A stretch of 64,000 bases of DNA from Clostridiales bacterium (GCA_018335855.1 JAGXRM010000060.1:79418-143417); one strand, 5' to 3'. Positions 37,474 to 48,438 are shown, counted from the first letter of the stretch. Notes: generated from the sequence alone by a model not told the origin. Made by a program: numbers and translations.

Positions 37474-40282
37474 AATATTAATCAAAGGTGCGCGGGAGCA
37501 TAATCTTAAAAATATTGATGTGGAAATCCCCCGCAACAAGTTAGTGGTCATTACCGGAGTATCCGGTTCAGGGAAATCTTCACTGGCCTTTGATACCATT
37601 TATGCCGAGGGACAGCGGCGGTATGTGGAATCCCTTTCTGCGTATGCCCGCCAGTTTCTCGGGCAGATGGATAAGCCGGATGTAGACTATATTGAAGGAC
37701 TGTCGCCTGCAATTTCCATTGACCAAAAGACGACGTCAAGGAACCCCCGTTCTACGGTAGGGACGGTTACGGAAGTGTATGACTATCTGCGTTTGCTCTT
37801 TGCCCGGGTGGGCCATCCCCACTGTCCCAACTGTCAGATTCATATTGCGCAGCAGACGGTGGAGCAGATGGTGGACAGGATTATGACGCTGCCGGAAAAA
37901 ACAAAGATACAGGTTCTGGCACCGCTGGTGCGAGGCAGAAAAGGTGAATACAGCAAGCTCTTTGCAGGGGCACGGGCCGACGGTTTCGTCCGTGTCCGGG
38001 TGGATGGTGAGCTCATTGAACTGGAAGAAGAAATTTCTCTGGATAAAAATAAAAAACACACCATCGAAATTGTAGTAGATCGTTTAATCATTCGGGACGG
38101 TCTGGAAAACCGGCTGGCCGATTCTTTGGAAACGGCGCTGAAGTACGGGAATGGTTTGGTCATTATTGAGATTATAGACGGTGAAGATTTGCTCTTTTCT
38201 TCTTCGTTTGCCTGCCCGCAGTGCGGGTTTTCTTTCGAGGAAATGGCGCCAAGAATGTTTTCCTTTAATAGTCCGTACGGCGCGTGTCCCGAATGCAGCG
38301 GTCTGGGGAATAAAACAGAAATCGATCCGGATTTGGTTGTCCCCGATAAACGCCGCACATTGCAAGAGGGGGCTATCGCCCCCTGGCGACCCGGCAGTCA
38401 GGGCTATTACCAGCAATTGCAACTGGCCGTAGCTGGTCATTTTAACATTGATATGGACACTCCCTTTGAAAAGCTGTCGGCAGAGCAGCAGAAACTGCTT
38501 TTATATGGCAGCAGTGAACGGATTCCCTTTAGCTATGAAGACGCGTACGGACGTACCCATAAGTATAATGTCAGGTTTGAAGGGGCGGTCCCCAACCTGG
38601 AGCGGCGGTACCGTGAAACGACATCAGATCAGATTCGTGAAGACATGGAAAGTTATATGTCCCATAATCCCTGTCCGGAATGTTGCGGGAGCCGTTTAAA
38701 GCCGGCCAGTCTGGCGGTGACAATCAACGGCAAAAGCATTGCTGAAGTAACTTCTTATACTGTGGATGATGCTGCCGTGTTTATGGGGCAACTGACACTA
38801 AGTGAAAAAGAAAAGCAGATCGCCCGCCTGGTGCTGAAAGAAATTCAGGAACGGTTGGGTTTTCTGAAAAATGTGGGCTTGGAATACCTGACTTTGGATC
38901 GGACAGCAGGGACGCTGTCCGGAGGCGAAGCTCAGCGTATCCGATTGGCTACGCAAATCGGTTCCAGCCTTACCGGCGTACTGTATATCCTCGATGAGCC
39001 CAGTATCGGCCTGCATCAGCGGGATAACGCGCGATTGATTGAAACACTGGAGAATCTGCGGAACCTGGGTAACACCGTTATTGTGGTAGAGCATGATGAA
39101 GAAACAATCACACGGGCTGACCATGTCCTTGATATTGGACCTGGCGCCGGTGCCTGGGGCGGTCAGGTGGTAGCCAGGGGAACGGTGGATGAAATTAAGG
39201 CGGTGGAAGAGTCAATTACCGGACAGTACTTGTCGGGTAAGAAAAAGATTAAGATTCCGGCAGAAAGACGCCGTCCCAATGGCAATCTGCTGCGGATTAC
39301 AGGTGCTCGCGCTCATAACCTGAAAAATCTGGATGTAACTGTTCCCCTGGGAGTCTTTACCTGTGTTACCGGAGTTTCCGGTTCAGGCAAGAGTACACTG
39401 ATTAACGAAATTCTCTACAAAAAACTGGCGATGGAACTGCATAATGCCAGACAAAAGCCGGCGGATCATGATGATGTGTTCGGGATGAACCATCTGGATA
39501 AAGTGATTGAAGTGGACCAGTCTCCCATCGGGCGTACACCCCGTTCCAATCCGGCTACGTATACCGGTGTTTTTGACCATATCCGTGAATTGTTCTCCCT
39601 GACCAACGAAGGTAAAATGCGCGGTTACAAACCGGGACGGTTCAGCTTCAACGTGAAGGGCGGCCGCTGCGAAGCATGCCGCGGAGACGGAATTCTGCGT
39701 ATTGAAATGCATTTTCTGCCTGATGTCTATGTGCCCTGCGAAGTCTGCCGGGGGAAACGATATAACCGGGAGACACTGGAAGTACGCTACAAAGGGAAGA
39801 ATATTGCGGATGTCCTGGAAATGACAGTAGCCGAGGCATTGGAGTTCTTTGATGCCATTCCCCGGATTAAACGGAAGCTGCAAACGATTTTTGATGTGGG
39901 CCTTGGCTATATCCGTCTGGGCCAGCCCGCCCCTACCCTTTCCGGCGGTGAAGCACAACGGGTTAAACTGGCCACCGAACTGTCCCGCAGGAGTAACGGA
40001 AAAACTCTCTATATCCTGGACGAACCGACCACAGGGCTGCACAGCGATGATATCAACAAATTGCTTACCATTCTGGACAGGTTGGTGGAAAACGGTGACA
40101 GCGTTCTGGTTATCGAGCATAACCTAGATGTAATTAAACGGGCTGATTATCTGATCGATCTGGGTCCTGAGGGTGGCGCCGCCGGCGGACAGGTTGTCGC
40201 AGTCGGTACACCGGAAGAAGTGGCCCGGGTACCAGAGTCGTATACCGGTCAGTTTTTGGCGAAAATCCTGAAACGACAGTAA
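37460..40282 (+). CDS. uvrA: Excinuclease ABC subunit A
   Basis: Two ABC modules ([12 protein letters not shown] / [20 protein letters not shown] twice) and zinc modules (CPNC, CPQC..CPEC, CEAC..CEVC). Confidence 0.98.
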   Translation: MEPDKILIKGAREHNLKNIDVEIPRNKLVVITGVSGSGKSSLAFDTIYAEGQRRYVESLSAYARQFLGQMDKPDVDYIEGLSPAISIDQKTTSRNPRSTVGTVTEVYDYLRLLFARVGHPHCPNCQIHIAQQTVEQMVDRIMTLPEKTKIQVLAPLVRGRKGEYSKLFAGARADGFVRVRVDGELIELEEEISLDKNKKHTIEIVVDRLIIRDGLENRLADSLETALKYGNGLVIIEIIDGEDLLFSSSFACPQCGFSFEEMAPRMFSFNSPYGACPECSGLGNKTEIDPDLVVPDKRRTLQEGAIAPWRPGSQGYYQQLQLAVAGHFNIDMDTPFEKLSAEQQKLLLYGSSERIPFSYEDAYGRTHKYNVRFEGAVPNLERRYRETTSDQIREDMESYMSHNPCPECCGSRLKPASLAVTINGKSIAEVTSYTVDDAAVFMGQLTLSEKEKQIARLVLKEIQERLGFLKNVGLEYLTLDRTAGTLSGGEAQRIRLATQIGSSLTGVLYILDEPSIGLHQRDNARLIETLENLRNLGNTVIVVEHDEETITRADHVLDIGPGAGAWGGQVVARGTVDEIKAVEESITGQYLSGKKKIKIPAERRRPNGNLLRITGARAHNLKNLDVTVPLGVFTCVTGVSGSGKSTLINEILYKKLAMELHNARQKPADHDDVFGMNHLDKVIEVDQSPIGRTPRSNPATYTGVFDHIRELFSLTNEGKMRGYKPGRFSFNVKGGRCEACRGDGILRIEMHFLPDVYVPCEVCRGKRYNRETLEVRYKGKNIADVLEMTVAEALEFFDAIPRIKRKLQTIFDVGLGYIRLGQPAPTLSGGEAQRVKLATELSRRSNGKTLYILDEPTTGLHSDDINKLLTILDRLVENGDSVLVIEHNLDVIKRADYLIDLGPEGGAAGGQVVAVGTPEEVARVPESYTGQFLAKILKRQ

Positions 40283-40298
40283 TACTGTTGGAGGTTTT

Positions 40299-42185
40299 AT
40301 GGTAAGTAATACAGCAGACACAGTGACACAAAAACTTGAGAGATTGCCCCGGCGCCCCGGCGTCTATCTGATGAAAGACGATAAGGGGAAAATTATTTAT
40401 GTGGGCAAAGCCGTGGATTTGCGGCAGCGTGTGCGCTCATATTTTCAGAAAGGGCAACAACTTTCGCCAAAGGTACGGGCAATGGTGGAACGGATCCGGG
40501 ATTTGGACTACACAGTTACAGACACGGAAGTGGAAGCGCTGATTTTGGAGAGTAACCTGATTAAAGAATACAGGCCGCGCTATAATATCAACCTTAAGGA
40601 TGATAAGCAATATCCGTATTTGCGTGTCACTGTCCAGGAAGCCTTCCCCCGGATTCACATGACCCGCCGGGTGGAGAAAGACGGCTCCCGTTATTTCGGC
40701 CCGTACACCAATGCAGGTGCGGTGAAAGAGACCATTCGTCTCATCCGGCACCTTTTCCCGCTGCGCCACTGCCGCGGTCCGGTAGACCCGGAGAAGGGTC
40801 GCCGTTCTTGCCTCAACAGGCATATCGACCGCTGTCTGGCGCCTTGTACAGGGGAAGTTTCAGCAGAGGAATACCGCAAGATGGTGGATGAAATCCTTCT
40901 TTTCCTGGAAGGGAAAGAAGAAAGGCTGTTGCGGGAATTGGGCGCGAGGATGGCGGAAGCGGCAGAAAACCTGGAGTTTGAAAAAGCCGCCCGACTGCGT
41001 GACCAGCAGCGGGCGGTGGAAGCAATTACAGAAAAACAAAAAATTGTTGTTGCCGACGGCGGGGACCGGGATATTCTGGCGCTGGCTGCCGTCGAAGAGC
41101 TGGGTTGTGTGCAGTTGTTCGCTGTCCGGGGCGGCAAGCTGACAGGCAGGGAACATTTTCTGGTGACGAATCCTACAGAAGAAGGGCCGGGAGTACTGCT
41201 GGCTGCGTTTTTGCGCCAGTATTACACTTATGCCGGTGATATACCTCCGGAAATTCTGCTCTCCGAGCAGATTCCTGACACGGAGTTGGTTGAGGAGTGG
41301 CTGCGTCGCCGTCGTGACGGCAGAGTAAGCATTCGTGTGCCGCAGCGTGGGTCAAAAAAAGAACTGGTCCGGTTGGCATCAGATAATGCGGGAATGTTTC
41401 TGGAGGAAGAGGTGCTGCGGGAAAAAAGTCGTGACCCGCAGAAAGTCTTGTCTGACCTGGCGGCAGAATTATCACTGGATGAGCCCCCGTACCGGATTGA
41501 AGGGTACGATATATCCCACCTGCACGGGGAGGGGACGGTGGCGGCCATGGTTGTCTTCCAGAACGGTGTTCCCCTGCCCCGCGATTATCGGCGCTTCCGT
41601 GTCAGGTCTGTGGATAAGCCGGATGATTATGCTTCACTGCGAGAAGCGGTGTTGCGACGGTTTGCCCGCCTGGTTGCCGCCAGGGAGGATAGCAATCTGC
41701 CGACAGACGGGGAAGATCCGTTCCTGCTTGTTCCCGACCTGATGTTGATTGATGGTGGCCCTGGCCAGCTAAGCGCGGTGAGGCAGGCATTGGCTGAAGT
41801 CGGCTTAACCAGATTACCGGTGGTTTCCCTGGCTAAAGCGGAGGAACTGGTTCATTTGTCTGGAAAGCAACAACCCCTTCGTCTGCCCAGGATGTCTCCG
41901 GCACTGCAGCTCTTACAGCGGGTACGCGACGAAGCCCACCGGTTTGTTGTCACATACCAACGAACTCTGCGTAACCAGGGCAACCGTGGGTCGACACTGC
42001 TGGACATACCAGGGGTAGGGGAGAAACGCCGCAAAGCCCTGCTGAAGCATTTCGGCAGTATTGCCGCCATGCGCAGGGCGTCCGTGGAAGAACTGGCTGC
42101 CGTGGACGGGTTGAACCATACTGTGGCAACCACGCTGTTTGCTTATTTTCATGACGGGCAGGATGAAATCAATGGGCAGGAGTAA
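40299..42185 (+). CDS. uvrC: Excinuclease ABC subunit C
   Basis: GIY-YIG domain (PGVYLMKD..GKIIYVGKA), UVR domain (EFEKAARLRDQ), an Endo V-like domain and a C-terminal HhH2. Confidence 0.96.
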   Translation: MVSNTADTVTQKLERLPRRPGVYLMKDDKGKIIYVGKAVDLRQRVRSYFQKGQQLSPKVRAMVERIRDLDYTVTDTEVEALILESNLIKEYRPRYNINLKDDKQYPYLRVTVQEAFPRIHMTRRVEKDGSRYFGPYTNAGAVKETIRLIRHLFPLRHCRGPVDPEKGRRSCLNRHIDRCLAPCTGEVSAEEYRKMVDEILLFLEGKEERLLRELGARMAEAAENLEFEKAARLRDQQRAVEAITEKQKIVVADGGDRDILALAAVEELGCVQLFAVRGGKLTGREHFLVTNPTEEGPGVLLAAFLRQYYTYAGDIPPEILLSEQIPDTELVEEWLRRRRDGRVSIRVPQRGSKKELVRLASDNAGMFLEEEVLREKSRDPQKVLSDLAAELSLDEPPYRIEGYDISHLHGEGTVAAMVVFQNGVPLPRDYRRFRVRSVDKPDDYASLREAVLRRFARLVAAREDSNLPTDGEDPFLLVPDLMLIDGGPGQLSAVRQALAEVGLTRLPVVSLAKAEELVHLSGKQQPLRLPRMSPALQLLQRVRDEAHRFVVTYQRTLRNQGNRGSTLLDIPGVGEKRRKALLKHFGSIAAMRRASVEELAAVDGLNHTVATTLFAYFHDGQDEINGQE

Positions 42186-42888
42186 GTAGCCTTCTGGCAA
42201 AGCGGTTGGCAAAATGTTCGGCTGCTTGTTTCCTCAGCATGTTATCCGTTTTAAGGGCAACACCTGCTTCTCTCCGGGCGTACAGGACATGCCCGAATTC
42301 ATGAAGCAGACAGTGCAACTGTTGATAACGGTCCATGCTGTCCGCCCCGCAGATGATTGTATGCGACGGGGGCAGGTAGTAAGCAGGATGAGGCATCCTG
42401 TAATTAAGGCAGTATACATGCAAGGGATGCCCACTGATGGAGAGTTTTGCAAGCAGTTTTTTCCGGGCAAGAATGTTAAGCGCGTCAACGACTACTTCCT
42501 CTGAGGGTGCTTTCTCTCCGCAGGTCAGTTTAAAGGTGGACAGAAACAAATATTCATCGACTAAGCGCTTACACGCTGCACGGAAAAGAGCTTCCTGGTT
42601 ATGCATGGGGCATTGACGCGTACCGGGCAGTGCAGCCAGTAAATGGCGGATAACAAATAATCGGGCGCCCTGCAGCCCGTAGGCACAGAAAACATTGCTT
42701 TCCGTATGACATCGTGGGGAGTCAAGAAGTCTGTACCATATTTCCCTGAGTTCTTCCCGCTCAAGTGCCAGGAGCGTAATGCCATAGTCACTTTCCAGGC
42801 CACTTTCCTCCAATGTTTCTAAAATGCCCTGTAGGTAGTCCACACCCCATTGTACCGGTTCTGCCAAAAGAAAATCCTTATATCCCAT
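42169..42888 (-). CDS. Hypothetical protein with C-terminal ImmA/IrrE-type (COG2856-like) HExxH metallopeptidase motif
   Basis: LLHEFGHVLY...EHFANRFARRLLTP matches the HExxH...E.xANxFAxxLLxP pattern. GGGAGGAG RBS precedes the start. The 3' end overlaps the uvrC 3' end by 17 nt. Confidence 0.6.
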   Translation of the reverse strand: MGYKDFLLAEPVQWGVDYLQGILETLEESGLESDYGITLLALEREELREIWYRLLDSPRCHTESNVFCAYGLQGARLFVIRHLLAALPGTRQCPMHNQEALFRAACKRLVDEYLFLSTFKLTCGEKAPSEEVVVDALNILARKKLLAKLSISGHPLHVYCLNYRMPHPAYYLPPSHTIICGADSMDRYQQLHCLLHEFGHVLYARREAGVALKTDNMLRKQAAEHFANRFARRLLTPAH

Positions 42889-43086
42889 GGCTTATATCTC
42901 CTCCCGATTAAATCTGGGGCCAAAGCGAATCCCTTGATGATAAATTCACAAACTCACCTTATTCTAGTATTATGGGATTAAAGAAAAATATGTTCTGGAA
43001 AACAAGGCAATTGAGGAGGATTACGGAAAAAAAACGTCGAAATTAGTAATTAAGTAGAAATAATTAAGATAAGAGAGGTGAGCAGT

Positions 43087-43431
43087 TTGCGCGGATTTGT
43101 TTGGCGGTGGATCTTAAACGCAGCGGCGCTGTATGCGACGGCTTATTTAATTGACGGTATTACGATTGCCGGCGTTGGTGCTGCCTTGGTGGCGGCGCTG
43201 GTCTGGGGCTTGGTCAACACGGTAATTCGTCCCATTGTTAATCTTGTTACGTTGCCGATTAATATCCTGACAGTGGGATTGTTCACCTTTGTTGTAAACG
43301 GCTTTCTGTTATGGCTGGTCGCTGATGTGGTAAACGGCTTTACTGTGGAGAATATACTGGCCGGTATTATCGGCGCCCTTGTCCTCTCCGTGTTTAGCAG
43401 TGTGCTGAGTGCACTCATTATTGATAAATAG
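43087..43431 (+). CDS. Phage-holin-4_2/YvlD-like small membrane protein
   Basis: WILNAAALYATAYL...GLVNTVIRPIV..LTLPINILTVGLFTFVVNG pattern with 4 TM helices. The start is either GTG 43078 or TTG 43087. Confidence 0.7.
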   Translation: MRGFVWRWILNAAALYATAYLIDGITIAGVGAALVAALVWGLVNTVIRPIVNLVTLPINILTVGLFTFVVNGFLLWLVADVVNGFTVENILAGIIGALVLSVFSSVLSALIIDK

Positions 43432-43442
43432 ATACAGAAAAT

Positions 43443-43483
43443 GAATAAAGTCACTTCCGCGCGGATGTGACTTTATTCGTTTT
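43443..43483 (+). terminator. Intrinsic terminator
   Basis: GAATAAAGTCAC-(12 nt)-GTGACTTTATTC followed by GTTTTC. Confidence 0.7.
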
Positions 43484-43566
43484 CATATGTCCATGCTGTT
43501 CATAAGCAAGCAGAACGAGAAGCAAGGATTTCCGGTGCCGTAGGCGTTATTAAAATAAGTTGAGAA

Positions 43567-43590
43567 TCCCTTCCCGCTTGCGGGAAGGGA
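43567..43590 (-). terminator. Probable terminator of the histidine kinase gene
   Basis: CCCTTCCCG-cttg-CGGGAAGGG hairpin just past the kinase stop. Confidence 0.55.
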
Positions 43591-43600
43591 CTCCAGTGTC

Positions 43601-45013
43601 TTAGCAGTCTTTGCAGTTACAGGGAACCTTTAGGGTGATTTGTGTTCCCTTATCTTGGTGACTGTAGATGTCTATATCTGCAGCAAGCTGTTCTGCCCGT
43701 TCCATTACATTTTGTAATCCGCTACGTTGCGTTTCCGGCGGAAAGCCAATGCCGTCATCGGCGATAATAAGCTCCAGATATTGTTCATAGAATTTCAAAG
43801 ATAGTGTGACTTTCATGGCCTTGCTGTGCTTTTTTATATTTGATAATAACTCCAGTACAATCAGGTGCAGGTGCCTTTTTTGTTCGTGGTGCAAGCACTC
43901 CCGGTGGGAATCCATAATTGTCAGTTCTACAGGCAGATTGCAATTTTGTTTAAATTCCTCCACCATGCCGAGAATAATTTCCTTGAGCTGTTTTTCCCCG
44001 TAAGACGCTTGCTGTATGTCCATAATATAATTCCTGATCTCCCGGTTAATCTGGTCAAGCCGGATATTCTCTCTGGCTATGGTTTCATCGGCTTTCTGCG
44101 GATCTGTTGCGGCCAGTTGTCTTGCAGACTCAAGATTAAGGCCGACGGCATAGATGGACTGCAGTATCCCGTCATGCAAGTCACGGCGGATTCTCTGCCG
44201 CTCTTTTAAAACAGCATATTCCTGCTGGGTTTCCGCCAGGGTCTTACTGTCTTCGTAAGTGAAAATAGCGGTGAGCCGGATGACCAGATAGGCAATGACC
44301 GAGCAAATACCTGCGCGGTAGACAGCTACGGGAAAGCCTGTTAACCGGAACAAATTTTGAATATTCAACACAGACGCCGGCAAGAACGGGGCCCGGGGCA
44401 CAATCAGTCCGGCAAAGAGAGCATAGAGCAAGAACATGACCGATGTCCAGCGCAGATGCCGCAGCACCTGTGGCTGATCTAAAGAGGCCAAATCATCCTG
44501 CTGTTTCCAGAATGCAACGGCGGAGAGAATGGATCCGGGCAGCGCAAACAAGTAACGGGAAAAAATATCGCCCAGGAGATACCAGTGGGAGATATCATTA
44601 CGACCGGCCAGGTTCGGATAAAGAAGAAAAATACCAAACCATAGTATAGCGGCGATGCGCGGCACCCAGAGAATGTGACGGGAGAGGCTAAGTGTATCGA
44701 CAAAGAGTTTCAGTCCGAAATAAAGGAGAAACACAAAAGAGAAGCCTATCAGGTTGATTTCAATTAAATAGAGGATGGCTACCGTCAGGTCGCTGCTGTA
44801 TGATTCCATTACGGGAATAAATACATGGCCCCACTCTGAAAGACCGTGGATAATGCCAAAGGCGGCCAGGTAATTAAACGACTGGGAAATTCGCAGCAAA
44901 CTGGGCTTATCATTTTTAAGGGCAATGGCGAATCCCATGAGAAAAAAGACCAGGCCGTAGACGAAGTACACGACTACAATATTCGCAGTAAAAAAGTTGT
45001 ACACCAGGTCCAT
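43601..45013 (-). CDS. Membrane sensor histidine kinase, HisKA_3 (NarL-partner) type
   Basis: About 7 N-terminal TM helices, H-box RRDLHDGILQ and an HATPase_c domain (DDGIGF...GLQNVMERA). The ATG at 45013 follows GGGGGAG. Confidence 0.85.
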   Translation of the reverse strand: MDLVYNFFTANIVVVYFVYGLVFFLMGFAIALKNDKPSLLRISQSFNYLAAFGIIHGLSEWGHVFIPVMESYSSDLTVAILYLIEINLIGFSFVFLLYFGLKLFVDTLSLSRHILWVPRIAAILWFGIFLLYPNLAGRNDISHWYLLGDIFSRYLFALPGSILSAVAFWKQQDDLASLDQPQVLRHLRWTSVMFLLYALFAGLIVPRAPFLPASVLNIQNLFRLTGFPVAVYRAGICSVIAYLVIRLTAIFTYEDSKTLAETQQEYAVLKERQRIRRDLHDGILQSIYAVGLNLESARQLAATDPQKADETIARENIRLDQINREIRNYIMDIQQASYGEKQLKEIILGMVEEFKQNCNLPVELTIMDSHRECLHHEQKRHLHLIVLELLSNIKKHSKAMKVTLSLKFYEQYLELIIADDGIGFPPETQRSGLQNVMERAEQLAADIDIYSHQDKGTQITLKVPCNCKDC

Positions 45014-45176
45014 CGGATTCTCCCCCACTTATCAGAATGCTTTTCTACAGCCTGTACTTATTCTAGATTTTTTATTTCTATTCCTGCAGGGAAGTTATTG
45101 CAAAAAAACTCTCGTTGGGTGCTGGAAATCTTTACGGTGCTCGTGGTATGATAAGGACTGGAAGAGGTGAATCTTT

Positions 45177-45995
45177 TTGTCATTTAAACTTCTGGCGTTA
45201 GACCTTGATGATACCCTGTTAAACGAAGATTTCCGCATTTCCGAAGAAAACCGCTACGCTTTGCGGCGGACGGCAAAAAACGGGGTATTGGTTACGCTGG
45301 CAACGGGGAGGATGTTCCGCTCAGCAGTCCCTTTTGCCAGGGAACTGGAAATTGATCTGCCGCTGATTACTTATCACGGTGCATTAATTCGTACCGCGGG
45401 CGGAGAGAAGACACTTTATCATCAGCCTGTTCCTTTGGACTTGGCAAAAGAAGTGGCCGCTATTGGCAGGGACGGCGGGTACCATGTGAATGCATATATT
45501 AATGATGAACTGTTTGTGGAAGAGGAAAATGAATTCTCTGAATATTATCAACGGATTGCCAAAGTAAAAGTAACGGCTGTCGGTAGTCTGGCTTCTTTTC
45601 TGGAAACACCGCCTACAAAATTAACGATTATTAACCGTGACGGTAAACTTGACGCACTGAAAAATGACCTGATTATGCGTTTCTCCCGGGAGTTGTCCAT
45701 TAACATTTCCAGACCGCATTTTCTGGAGATTACAGATAAATTAGCAACGAAGGGCCAGGCACTGAAATTTCTTGCTGATATGCATAATATTCCCCGTGAG
45801 CAGGTGGCTGCGGTGGGAGACAGTTATAACGATATAGATATGCTGATATATGCGGGTACCGGTGTGGCGGTTGCCAATGCCCGGGATGAAGTGAAAGCAG
45901 TGGCCGATGTGATTACCTCCTCAAACGTGGATCACGGCGTTGCTGCATTTATAAAGCAGTATCTTTTCGAGGACGAGGGGGAGTATTGTGATTAG
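45177..45995 (+). CDS. Cof-type HAD-IIB phosphatase
   Basis: LALDLDDTLL, TLATGR and GDSYNDIDM motifs. Confidence 0.85.
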   Translation: MSFKLLALDLDDTLLNEDFRISEENRYALRRTAKNGVLVTLATGRMFRSAVPFARELEIDLPLITYHGALIRTAGGEKTLYHQPVPLDLAKEVAAIGRDGGYHVNAYINDELFVEEENEFSEYYQRIAKVKVTAVGSLASFLETPPTKLTIINRDGKLDALKNDLIMRFSRELSINISRPHFLEITDKLATKGQALKFLADMHNIPREQVAAVGDSYNDIDMLIYAGTGVAVANARDEVKAVADVITSSNVDHGVAAFIKQYLFEDEGEYCD

Positions 45996-47004
45996 TGAAA
46001 AAATAGTAAAAGAGAATGCCAGGGAAAAAATGAAAGGGTATTGCCGTGTTTGTCCCCGTTGTGACGGCAAGGCCTGTGCCGGGGAAGTGCCTGGTATGGG
46101 CGGATTGCTGACAGGGGCAGCGTTTATCAATAATATTGAAGCCTTGGCGATGTATAATATTAATATGCGCACCATACATCAGGTGGATTGCCCGGACACT
46201 TCAGTGAAACTGTTTAATAAAACATTTAATACGCCGATTTTTGTGGCGCCGTTAACGGGAGCATCCTACAATATGGGCGGTGCATTGTCCGAGTCTGAAA
46301 TGGTGAATTGCCTGGTTGAAGGCGCCGAAGCGGCCGCATCATTTTCTTTTACCGGAGACGGGGCAGATAATGATATCTACGGTGCCGGTGTGGACGCCGT
46401 CCGTGCGGTGGGAGGTTTGGGTGTTCCAATAATCAAGCCCCGTGCCCTGGATGAGGTGGAACGTAGAATCCGGGAGGCGGAGGAATCTGGCGCCATGGCT
46501 GTAGGTATCGATATCGACGGTGCGGGGTTGGTAACGATGGCACTGAAAGGACACCCGGTGGCACCTAAAACATTTTATCAGCTCCGTGAGTTGGTGAAGA
46601 TGACAGATTTACCCTTTATTCTAAAAGGCGTAATGACTGCACAGGAAGCAGAGATGGCGGTGGAAGTTGGCGCGGCGGCCATTGTTGTTTCCAATCACGG
46701 GGGAAGGGTTCTTGACTGTACGCCCGGTGTGGCTGATGTCTTGCCGGAAGTGGTTGAGCGGGTCAAAGGAGAAATTTTCGTGTTCGCTGACGGTGGTGTT
46801 CGCAACGGCGTGGATGCGCTGAAAATGTTGGCACTGGGCGCAAACGCTGTTTTAATAGGTCGTCCGGCTTTGTGGGGTGCGTTCGGTGGCGGTGCTGAAG
46901 GAGTAAAGATTGTGATAGAAAAGATGACAGAGCAATTAAAGCATGGCATGCTTATGACCGGCTGTGCCAATATCCGGGCGGTAGACTATCATGTTATCTA
47001 CTAG
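45988..47004 (+). CDS. FMN-dependent alpha-hydroxy-acid oxidising enzyme family protein
   Basis: N-terminal CRVCPRCDGKAC, then TIM-barrel motifs ILKGV, VSNHGGR and DGGVRNG. Confidence 0.8.
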   Translation: MISEKIVKENAREKMKGYCRVCPRCDGKACAGEVPGMGGLLTGAAFINNIEALAMYNINMRTIHQVDCPDTSVKLFNKTFNTPIFVAPLTGASYNMGGALSESEMVNCLVEGAEAAASFSFTGDGADNDIYGAGVDAVRAVGGLGVPIIKPRALDEVERRIREAEESGAMAVGIDIDGAGLVTMALKGHPVAPKTFYQLRELVKMTDLPFILKGVMTAQEAEMAVEVGAAAIVVSNHGGRVLDCTPGVADVLPEVVERVKGEIFVFADGGVRNGVDALKMLALGANAVLIGRPALWGAFGGGAEGVKIVIEKMTEQLKHGMLMTGCANIRAVDYHVIY

Positions 47005-47018
47005 GGAGCATAATGTGT

Positions 47019-47765
47019 ATGAAAATTCTCGCTGACCTTCATGTCCACTCCATTGCCAGCGGCCACGCTTACAGTACCGTTGAGGAAATTGCCAGAGCAG
47101 CGGCAGACAAAGGATTGGAAATGGTAGCACTGACAGACCATGGGCCTGCTATGCCGGGTGGCCCTCATGAATATTATTTCGGCAATCTGCGCATTCTGCC
47201 TCACCGGTTACACGGTGTGGAAATCCTACAGGGTGTGGAAGCGAATGTAATGGATGAAAAAGGATCGCTGGATTTACAGGCAGTTTACTTAAAACGGTTG
47301 GATATTATCCTGGCAGGATTTCACTCTATTTGTATGAAGCCAGGAAGCCGCGAATCTAATACTGCAGCCATGGTGAGCGCGCTGCAAAACCCCTATGTCG
47401 ATATTATTGTTCACCCCGGTAATCCCGATTACCCCATTGATGCCGGGGAGGTGGTCCGCCAGGCTAAACGGGCGGGTAAGGCACTGGAAATAAACAATAG
47501 TTCGTTTCTCGTCAGACGGGGGAGCAGGGAGACCTGTTTTGAAATTGCAAAATTCGTCAGGCAATATGGAACCTGGGTTTCTATCAGCAGTGATGCCCAT
47601 TTTTCCAGTAGTGTCGGGGAAGTGTCGACGGCGCTGCAACTGGCGTTAGACGCCGGAATCCCGGAAAACTGCATTTTAAATCTGTCGGCTGCACGCGTTA
47701 CGTCATTTTTGGCCAGCAGAGGCCGGAAACGTTTTGCCGGCGGTGAAAGGGAATTGCATGAATAA
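47019..47765 (+). CDS. PHP-domain phosphoesterase (YcdX-like)
   Basis: DLHVHS..SGHAYS, LTDHGP, IVHPGN and SDAH metal ligands. Confidence 0.8.
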   Translation: MKILADLHVHSIASGHAYSTVEEIARAAADKGLEMVALTDHGPAMPGGPHEYYFGNLRILPHRLHGVEILQGVEANVMDEKGSLDLQAVYLKRLDIILAGFHSICMKPGSRESNTAAMVSALQNPYVDIIVHPGNPDYPIDAGEVVRQAKRAGKALEINNSSFLVRRGSRETCFEIAKFVRQYGTWVSISSDAHFSSSVGEVSTALQLALDAGIPENCILNLSAARVTSFLASRGRKRFAGGERELHE

Positions 47766-48438
47766 AACCCCGGAGTTATTAAAGAAGGTCCCCTTTTTCA
47801 GCGGCCTGTCCGAGGCGGACTTAACCATGGTAGCCGGAGTTATGTGCGAAAAAACATACTCCAAAGGTGCCCTGATTTTTCTCGAGGGTGAACCGGGAGA
47901 GGCTTTGTTTGTCATTAAACAGGGGCGGGTCAAGATCAGTAAATCCACTGCGGACGGCAGAGAACAAATACTGCATATTCTTAAAGACGGAGATATCTTC
48001 GCTGAAGTTGTTCTTTTTGACCAGGGGCCGTATCCGGCCACGGCGGAGGCGGTGGAAGATACGACTTCATGGCTGCTCCGTAACGAAGAGATGGAGAAAC
48101 TTTTGCAGAGCCATCCTTTACTGGCAATAAAGCTGTTGCGTGTGATGAGTAAGCGGCTTCGTCAGTCCCAGCTTCTTATCCGGGATTTGGCACTGCACGA
48201 TACATACGGCAGGCTTGCCGGACTGTTGATTCGTTTTATACGGCGGGAAGGGAAAAGAACGGCCGACGGGGTCATTCTTGATCTGGAGCTAACCCGGCAG
48301 GAAATGGCCAGCATGATTGGAACATCCCGGGAAACGGTGGCCCGGATTCTCAGTCGCTTTCAAAAAGACGGGATACTGATTCTGGATAAACAACGCATTG
48401 TGATCATTGACGAGGAAAAACTGCGTGATTGGACATAA
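47758..48438 (+). CDS. Crp/Fnr-family transcriptional regulator
   Basis: cNMP-binding fold (FLEGEPGEALFVIKQGRVKI) and a C-terminal HTH (TRQEMASMIGTSRETVARILSRF). There is no N-terminal Cys cluster. Confidence 0.9.
   Translation: MNKTPELLKKVPFFSGLSEADLTMVAGVMCEKTYSKGALIFLEGEPGEALFVIKQGRVKISKSTADGREQILHILKDGDIFAEVVLFDQGPYPATAEAVEDTTSWLLRNEEMEKLLQSHPLLAIKLLRVMSKRLRQSQLLIRDLALHDTYGRLAGLLIRFIRREGKRTADGVILDLELTRQEMASMIGTSRETVARILSRFQKDGILILDKQRIVIIDEEKLRDWT

Noticed and set aside
39383-40120. 245-aa ORF antisense to uvrA
   Set aside because: It lies entirely inside the unmistakable uvrA reading frame. It has no RBS and its composition is the mirror of a GC-rich codon-biased gene. This is a typical shadow ORF.
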